From the IMG/VR virus record IMGVR_UViG_3300025133_000024: a stretch of 64,000 nt of DNA; one strand, written 5' to 3'. A program made the translations under genes and the position numbers. Each line of letters begins with the position of its first letter. The first letter of the stretch is position 1. This DNA comes from a virus. The notes beneath the pieces were generated by a model. The model saw nothing but the letters and a program-made list of their open reading frames with translations, was not told where the DNA came from and made no database searches. Positions 59,057-64,000 of the stretch are shown here, piece after piece.

Positions 59057-60661
59057 TTAATTAAATACTACATTAGCATCAATGCCGCTACCAGAATTAT
59101 ATAACTGAGAGACTTGATAAGATGATAGTTCAAAGTCCCAAATGCTCACTTCATCAACACTTCCACTTTTAAACGGACTATCACCATTTAAAGCACCAAT
59201 TGATAATTGAGTTGAGCCAGTAACAATCGTGTTTGAAGCTAATGTGTCATATTCAGTTGTTGTTCCAATTACAGCACCATCTACATATAATGCTACGTCT
59301 GATGCAGAACCACTTCCATTATACGTTGCAACCAAGTGATGCCATGCATTGTTGTTTCTTGAACCAACTGAATCTCTTACTCCAATTCTTTGATTATCAG
59401 ACCAATCATTAACTAAATGGAACACTAAATCACCACCCTGTAAACCCATTCTCCAACCACGATAAGGTTCAGCAGATTCCATTTTGCTCACAATATATGA
59501 TGTGTCTGAAGCTGCTGTCTTGAACCATGCACTAACCGAAAATGGAATATTATGTTCGAAGTTAACAATTTCGCTACCAGCCACAACATGACCATAAACA
59601 GTCGAGCCATCCATTGCCAAAGCTTTTGTTCCTGAAACAAATGTGTTGTCTTCGAAAGATGTAACTTCCATGTTTTGTGTTGTTCCTGGATGTGAACCCT
59701 GAACATCCGTGACTGTGGTGTCAATCCCATCAGACATATCATAATATGCGACAAGATTTGATGGTGAAATCGTGGACGCTGGCTCTCCATTTCCACTATT
59801 GTATAGTGATGAAATTGAACCTGAGTCTAATGGAGTGTCCCATAAAGCAACTTGTGTTATTTTTCCATTAAAAGGAGTTCCAGCATCAACACCCCTCGCT
59901 CCAATTTTCATTGTTCCCACTGAAGCCTTAGGGTTGACAGTTATGTTTTTCTCTCCATCGTGAGAACCATTTAAATATATTTTCCAAATAGAACCACTAG
60001 CAACTCCAATCACATGTTGCCAAGAAGACTGAGGGATGTTAGTTCCACCAACCAAAGCTTGCGCTCCATCATCATCGTCCAAAGGTGTCCATTGTAACTT
60101 GTTGTCTCCTCGAATCCTCATGGACCAACCACCATTATCAGTTGGATTTACATAATCAAATTTCTCCAACATCGAATGTTGCGTGTTTACAGCGTTTCTT
60201 TTTATCCACATAGAGATTGAAAAATTAGAACCTGTAAATTCTAAATCATCATGCTCTGGAACATCCACATATTCATTCGAACCATCCATGTTCAGACTTT
60301 GATAGACACTGCCCCAAGGAATGTCTCTAGACCAATCTGAATAAACATTCATGACAATATTGCTTCCCGACAAACTTGTATCTGTCATTGTGTTTAAGGA
60401 CTTTTCAACGTCATAATAAATAACAGGGTAAATTGGGTCTGGAGGTGGTGGAGCCGAAGCACTCTCAGCCAACGAACCACTAAAATATAATTCCAATTTA
60501 TCACTTTGAGCAACAAGATATGGACGATAATTTTTGTTTAAATGCATTGGAAAAGAAGAATATAAAAATAATGGAACACCAACACCATTCCAATCTGAAG
60601 AAACATCAACCGCATTTCTTAATGTAAATTTATCGTCTTTTGAATTGTTTTGTTTTGCCAT
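59057..60661 (-). CDS. Virion protein with two LamG/concanavalin-A-like domains
   Basis: FSISMWIK...WQHVIGV...IYLNG...KIGARG...FNGKITQVALW and FSVSAWFK...WHHLVATY...LYVDG...SIGA...VDEVSIW. Confidence 0.88.
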   Translation of the reverse strand: MAKQNNSKDDKFTLRNAVDVSSDWNGVGVPLFLYSSFPMHLNKNYRPYLVAQSDKLELYFSGSLAESASAPPPPDPIYPVIYYDVEKSLNTMTDTSLSGSNIVMNVYSDWSRDIPWGSVYQSLNMDGSNEYVDVPEHDDLEFTGSNFSISMWIKRNAVNTQHSMLEKFDYVNPTDNGGWSMRIRGDNKLQWTPLDDDDGAQALVGGTNIPQSSWQHVIGVASGSIWKIYLNGSHDGEKNITVNPKASVGTMKIGARGVDAGTPFNGKITQVALWDTPLDSGSISSLYNSGNGEPASTISPSNLVAYYDMSDGIDTTVTDVQGSHPGTTQNMEVTSFEDNTFVSGTKALAMDGSTVYGHVVAGSEIVNFEHNIPFSVSAWFKTAASDTSYIVSKMESAEPYRGWRMGLQGGDLVFHLVNDWSDNQRIGVRDSVGSRNNNAWHHLVATYNGSGSASDVALYVDGAVIGTTTEYDTLASNTIVTGSTQLSIGALNGDSPFKSGSVDEVSIWDFELSSYQVSQLYNSGSGIDANVVFN

Positions 60662-60670
60662 ATCCGTATA

Positions 60671-61144
60671 TTATAACACCATTTTTGATTTTTGTTTAAC
60701 TTTATTAACCCATTCTCGAAGAAGATTGTTTGTTCTTTTATACTCATCTTCCCAATCACGAAATGTCATGTTCCCTGATAAATACGCTTCTTTTTCCAAT
60801 TTTCTCAAATGAGGGTCTTCCTGAGCATATCCATCAAATGTCTCATGGTCCTCTTTAAAATGACCATCACAATTTTGCTTATGATGAATCAACTCATGTG
60901 CAAAAGAACGAAGCATGTCCTTAATATGACGACCATCAGAAAATAAAATAATCAAGTTATTATCTGGTGAATAATAAGCCGTCCGACCCAAAGGGTTTTG
61001 ATGGTTTGATATATCTGATTTGATATGAAGATGAACAGGTTTTGATAATTCAAGCTTATTTTTGGCAAAAGAAAAGAAATTATTTGCCAAACTTATCAAA
61101 TCATCAAAGTTATTTTCTGTCTTATTCTTGATTGTCAATTTCAT
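60671..61144 (-). CDS. Small zincin metallopeptidase-like protein
   Basis: DMLRSFAHELIHHKQ (HExxH) plus LEKEAY. Confidence 0.7.
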   Translation of the reverse strand: MKLTIKNKTENNFDDLISLANNFFSFAKNKLELSKPVHLHIKSDISNHQNPLGRTAYYSPDNNLIILFSDGRHIKDMLRSFAHELIHHKQNCDGHFKEDHETFDGYAQEDPHLRKLEKEAYLSGNMTFRDWEDEYKRTNNLLREWVNKVKQKSKMVL

Positions 61145-61467
61145 TAAAATATATCACCAAATTTCTTTTTAAATGTTCGTTTCTTCTTGCCTATGTCAAC
61201 AGGCAAATCACAACCAATCAACCTACTTTTAATATAGTCAATATGCTGAGGAGATAGATTTTGCTCAACATAAACCCAAATTTCTTGTATACCCAACTCA
61301 GCATATTTACACATGTTATTTAATTCATACACAATACTATCCAAAGACTTATCAATGTCCTCACCACGATTTATAGACATAATATCTTTTTTTATTTCTT
61401 GCTCCGAACCATGAACATCATAATGTCTGTTATATCCTCGTTGCTCTTTTATAATTCTAATTTTCAT
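61144..61467 (-). CDS. Hypothetical protein with MKIRIIKE leader
   Basis: 107-aa ORF. Confidence 0.7.
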   Translation of the reverse strand: MKIRIIKEQRGYNRHYDVHGSEQEIKKDIMSINRGEDIDKSLDSIVYELNNMCKYAELGIQEIWVYVEQNLSPQHIDYIKSRLIGCDLPVDIGKKKRTFKKKFGDIF

Positions 61468-61468
61468 T

Positions 61469-62134
61469 TTATATCAATTGCTCCATAAACTTTGGATTGC
61501 CTTTGTTGCTTTTATATTGATTATTCGCGACCATCACATAAACATAAGATTCCCCAGACTCAAAAGCACCTTTTACTCGGTGATTTCCATCTCGAACCTG
61601 AACAACCCACTCTCCACAATCACCCTCTTCATATTCTTCAACTTCTCTTAGTCTTTCATTCAATTTCATTTCAGCTTCTTTTTCATCTTCATCAGAATAA
61701 TTATTCTCTATAAATTCCTTTCTGTCCCTTAAATATTCATCCAATTCATCATCACCAGTTGACCATTGACGATGACCCAAATCTTCCTCTGAAGATTGTT
61801 GAGCCTCCTTTATATCAGCAAGACCAATTTGTGACACCAAACCATAAGGTGCATAAAAATAAACTCTCTCTGGAGAATAATTTATCTTATCAACAACATT
61901 TTCAATTTTCTGAGGATAAAAAATATTTCCCCATATTGGATAATACTGCTCCTCCTTCACACGAATCATACGACCTTCCTGTCCAATCCAAATTACATTC
62001 CTTCCGTAATATAAATTGCCCCACTCCTTCTCTCTTTCTATCTCTTCTTTATCAATATCAGGAAAATCATAATCTTCATAACCCTCCATCATATTCATGA
62101 TTTCTTCTTTAATGATGCTTTTTAATTTCATCAT
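61469..62134 (-). CDS. Protein with IIKEE leader and ParB/Srx-like motif
   Basis: MKLKSIIKEEIMNMMEG; VQVRDGNHRV (DGNHR) motif. Confidence 0.55.
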   Translation of the reverse strand: MMKLKSIIKEEIMNMMEGYEDYDFPDIDKEEIEREKEWGNLYYGRNVIWIGQEGRMIRVKEEQYYPIWGNIFYPQKIENVVDKINYSPERVYFYAPYGLVSQIGLADIKEAQQSSEEDLGHRQWSTGDDELDEYLRDRKEFIENNYSDEDEKEAEMKLNERLREVEEYEEGDCGEWVVQVRDGNHRVKGAFESGESYVYVMVANNQYKSNKGNPKFMEQLI

Positions 62135-63075
62135 GTTGAATCTTCATCTCTTTTCGCTGGCTCCTGATTTCCCATGTTCAAATCATATGACATCTTTCTC
62201 AACTCATTCATCTCATCCAAATAACCCATTCCCCTCAAAACCTTAAAAACCAAATTCTCCACACTCATCTCTCCACCATCTTCCAAACCAGCCCTGCGAA
62301 ACCTCTTCAACTTCTGAAACAAATCATCCGTCTTCTTCTTCACCAAATCCCACTTGCCATCCTCAAACCAATCCGAAATCTTATCCATCTTTCCAACAAT
62401 TGAACGAACCTTTTTCTCCACTTGCTTCTCATCAACCTGATATATCTTCTTCTTCGGCTTCACAACCCAATCATCATCCAATATTGAATAAACCCCCGTC
62501 GATGCATGAACCTCAGTCTTGTGCTGAACATAAATCTCAACCTCATGCTCATTCAAAAATATATCATGCTTCAAATTCCACTCACTCTTCTTCGCATTGA
62601 AATATTCCGCAACCAACTTAAAATTATCATCAACATCATAATAATCAAGAATAATATGCAAATCAATGTCCGATAATGATGTCCAATTGTAATTCGCCAA
62701 CGAACCCGTCAACACCACATCAAAAAACTCAACATCCAATCCCAAATCATTAATAAAATCTAACGCAATACCATATAACCTCTCCCTAACATCACCCAAT
62801 AACCTATCATTCAACCAAAACTTATCATACAACTCATCATTAATACTCAAATACTCCAAATCAACATACCTCGACTCACCCAAGGGCGGCGCACTTTTTG
62901 AACGCTCATACGATGGCAACGACAAACCACTCTCACGATGCTTGTTACCACCCAAACCAATCAATTTCACCTTCCTTCCCTTGTGCTTCGCAATAACACC
63001 CCTCTGAAAAGGCTCAACCTCCTGCAATATATCACCCGAACGAATCCTTAAACGCAACAATATAAACATCTCCAT
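62131..63075 (-). CDS. Pol-beta-superfamily nucleotidyltransferase
   Basis: DVVLTGSLANYNW...SDIDLH (GS-x-D-x-D) and third carboxylate EVEIY. Confidence 0.85.
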   Translation of the reverse strand: MEMFILLRLRIRSGDILQEVEPFQRGVIAKHKGRKVKLIGLGGNKHRESGLSLPSYERSKSAPPLGESRYVDLEYLSINDELYDKFWLNDRLLGDVRERLYGIALDFINDLGLDVEFFDVVLTGSLANYNWTSLSDIDLHIILDYYDVDDNFKLVAEYFNAKKSEWNLKHDIFLNEHEVEIYVQHKTEVHASTGVYSILDDDWVVKPKKKIYQVDEKQVEKKVRSIVGKMDKISDWFEDGKWDLVKKKTDDLFQKLKRFRRAGLEDGGEMSVENLVFKVLRGMGYLDEMNELRKMSYDLNMGNQEPAKRDEDST

Positions 63076-63125
63076 CTGTCTTCTACTTCATAAATAGATT
63101 ACACATAAAATAGAATATCCCCCCT

Positions 63126-63187
63126 CAGCAACACACCAAAGAGAGAGAACAAGAGGTTTTTAGATTTTTAACGACTGAAGGGTCATG
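63126..63187 (-). promoter_or_regulatory. Conserved 62-bp intergenic element, copy 2
   Basis: See copy 1; ends 51 nt upstream of the 63075 start. Confidence 0.6.
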
Positions 63188-63236
63188 GGAAGGACTTGGA
63201 GGGGAATAGGAGGGACTGAGGAGGAAATAATTTTAT

Positions 63237-63428
63237 TTATTTGGAATATGTGAGTCTTTTTGTGCTTGTTAAGAATAGAGGGCTTTGTTCTTTAAAAACA
63301 AAGATTTCTTTGGTTCTGGTGTATATTTCGATGCTTGTTCTGTTGTCAAGATAAAGAATACAAACACCAGAACCAAGAAATAATTCACCCTTTTTTACTT
63401 CTGATTCAACTTCTTTTGTCGTTAACAT
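63237..63428 (-). CDS. Small hypothetical protein (tandem small-ORF family)
   Basis: VKKGE...ILYLD...RLTY. Confidence 0.6.
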   Translation of the reverse strand: MLTTKEVESEVKKGELFLGSGVCILYLDNRTSIEIYTRTKEIFVFKEQSPLFLTSTKRLTYSK

Positions 63429-63433
63429 TTTTT

Positions 63434-63652
63434 TTATTGCTCCTTTGGATATACAAGTCGATGATGTTTATATGCTAGAATATCTGATAACTTTTTAATA
63501 ATCTCCACTGTATTTGAATTTTTATAGAAAATAAATTTTGTTTTAGAATCAAGATATAAAACAATAATGTTTTTTTGAAAAGCATTTTTCGAGTTTTCAT
63601 CTTTTAACCACATTTCACCTTTTTTTACTGTTGATACTCCTATCGAAAACAT
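63434..63652 (-). CDS. Small hypothetical protein (tandem small-ORF family)
   Basis: VKKGE...IVLYLD...RLVY. Confidence 0.6.
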   Translation of the reverse strand: MFSIGVSTVKKGEMWLKDENSKNAFQKNIIVLYLDSKTKFIFYKNSNTVEIIKKLSDILAYKHHRLVYPKEQ

Positions 63653-63894
63653 CTTGGACTCCCATCCTCGTATGTTAAAAGCTCTCTTTCGTACCCTTTC
63701 CTTTCCAAAAACAACCTCACCGGCAACTTAACATTTAATTTCCGAATACTTGAATGAACATTCCTTAATGTATTTTCCAAAATAATAAACATATCTTCGG
63801 TTAAATGCAAAACCATATAAGAATCGCCCCTTCTTATGTTCCTACTTAACCCGACATCACCACATTTAAATGTTTTATCCGTCATATTTTTCAT
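63640..63894 (-). CDS. Small hypothetical protein (tandem small-ORF family)
   Basis: FKCGD...MVLHL...LLTYE. Confidence 0.6.
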   Translation of the reverse strand: MKNMTDKTFKCGDVGLSRNIRRGDSYMVLHLTEDMFIILENTLRNVHSSIRKLNVKLPVRLFLERKGYERELLTYEDGSPRCFR

Positions 63895-64000
63895 AACTCA
63901 ATTTATTGCCTCCATTAATAAAATCAAGAGCTTTCGACTCATTTTGGGAATGAATTCTACCAGAAACCAAAGAAATCCTTATATATTGACCTGGACGGAG
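63875..64000 (-). CDS. Partial small ORF (3' end), probably same family
   Basis: Manual translation LRPGQYIRISLVSGRIHSQNESKALDFINGGNKLSYEKYDG*. Confidence 0.5.
   Translation of the reverse strand, partial: LRPGQYIRISLVSGRIHSQNESKALDFINGGNKLSYEKYDG

Noticed and set aside
888-61000. Dozens of 60-160-aa plus-strand ORFs in the ORF track
   Set aside because: They are antisense shadows of long minus-strand genes, with no motifs and hydrophobic F/S/L bias; only 56402-57208 has a real signature.
63185-63225. Purine/G-rich tract (gggaaggacttggaggggaataggaggg) as a G-quadruplex or origin
   Set aside because: Mostly GG runs in a single occurrence with no supporting evidence.
1-64000. Stop-codon reassignment, tRNA/rRNA genes, introns or inteins
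   Set aside because: Long ORFs are intact in the standard code with TAA, TAG and TGA all used as stops; intergenic gaps are small; I saw no cloverleaf or intein motifs by eye (not computationally scanned).

Overview
The window is part of a large (jumbo-type) tailed dsDNA bacteriophage genome. It is AT-rich, uses the standard genetic code, and almost all genes lie on the minus strand in tightly overlapping operons. Reading in transcription direction (right to left): (1) 64-57 kb: small paralogous ORFs, a Pol-beta-type nucleotidyltransferase, a ParB-like protein, a zincin, a two-LamG protein and several proteins with (I/L)-x-E leader motifs. (2) 57.2-56.4 kb: the only credible plus-strand gene, an extremely AT-rich trypsin-like protease. 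(3) 56-52 kb: PIN-PhoH, a zincin and a RecB-like nuclease. (4) About 51.8-25.1 kb: a ~27 kb glycan biosynthesis and transfer cluster with GT2/GT4/GT11/GT-D enzymes, WecB, Ugd, GME-like and Fcl-like SDRs, HddA plus a Cj1427-like dehydrogenase, RmlB, DegT, formyl-, acetyl- and methyltransferases and an SGNH esterase. (5) 25-0 kb: a late sigma factor, an M23 peptidase, a spike, gp25, gp6, a DNRLRE-like protein and a 2821-aa LamG/baseplate protein. The most notable signals are three. A [S/T]-[G/A/S]-S tripeptide is strongly enriched only in predicted surface-exposed virion proteins next to the glycan cluster, which makes it a candidate phage O-glycosylation sequon. A shared capsid-targeting-like leader sits on unrelated enzyme cargo. 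A cargo gene is bracketed by a 27-bp duplication of the wecB start. All functional calls come from motif recognition without database searches.
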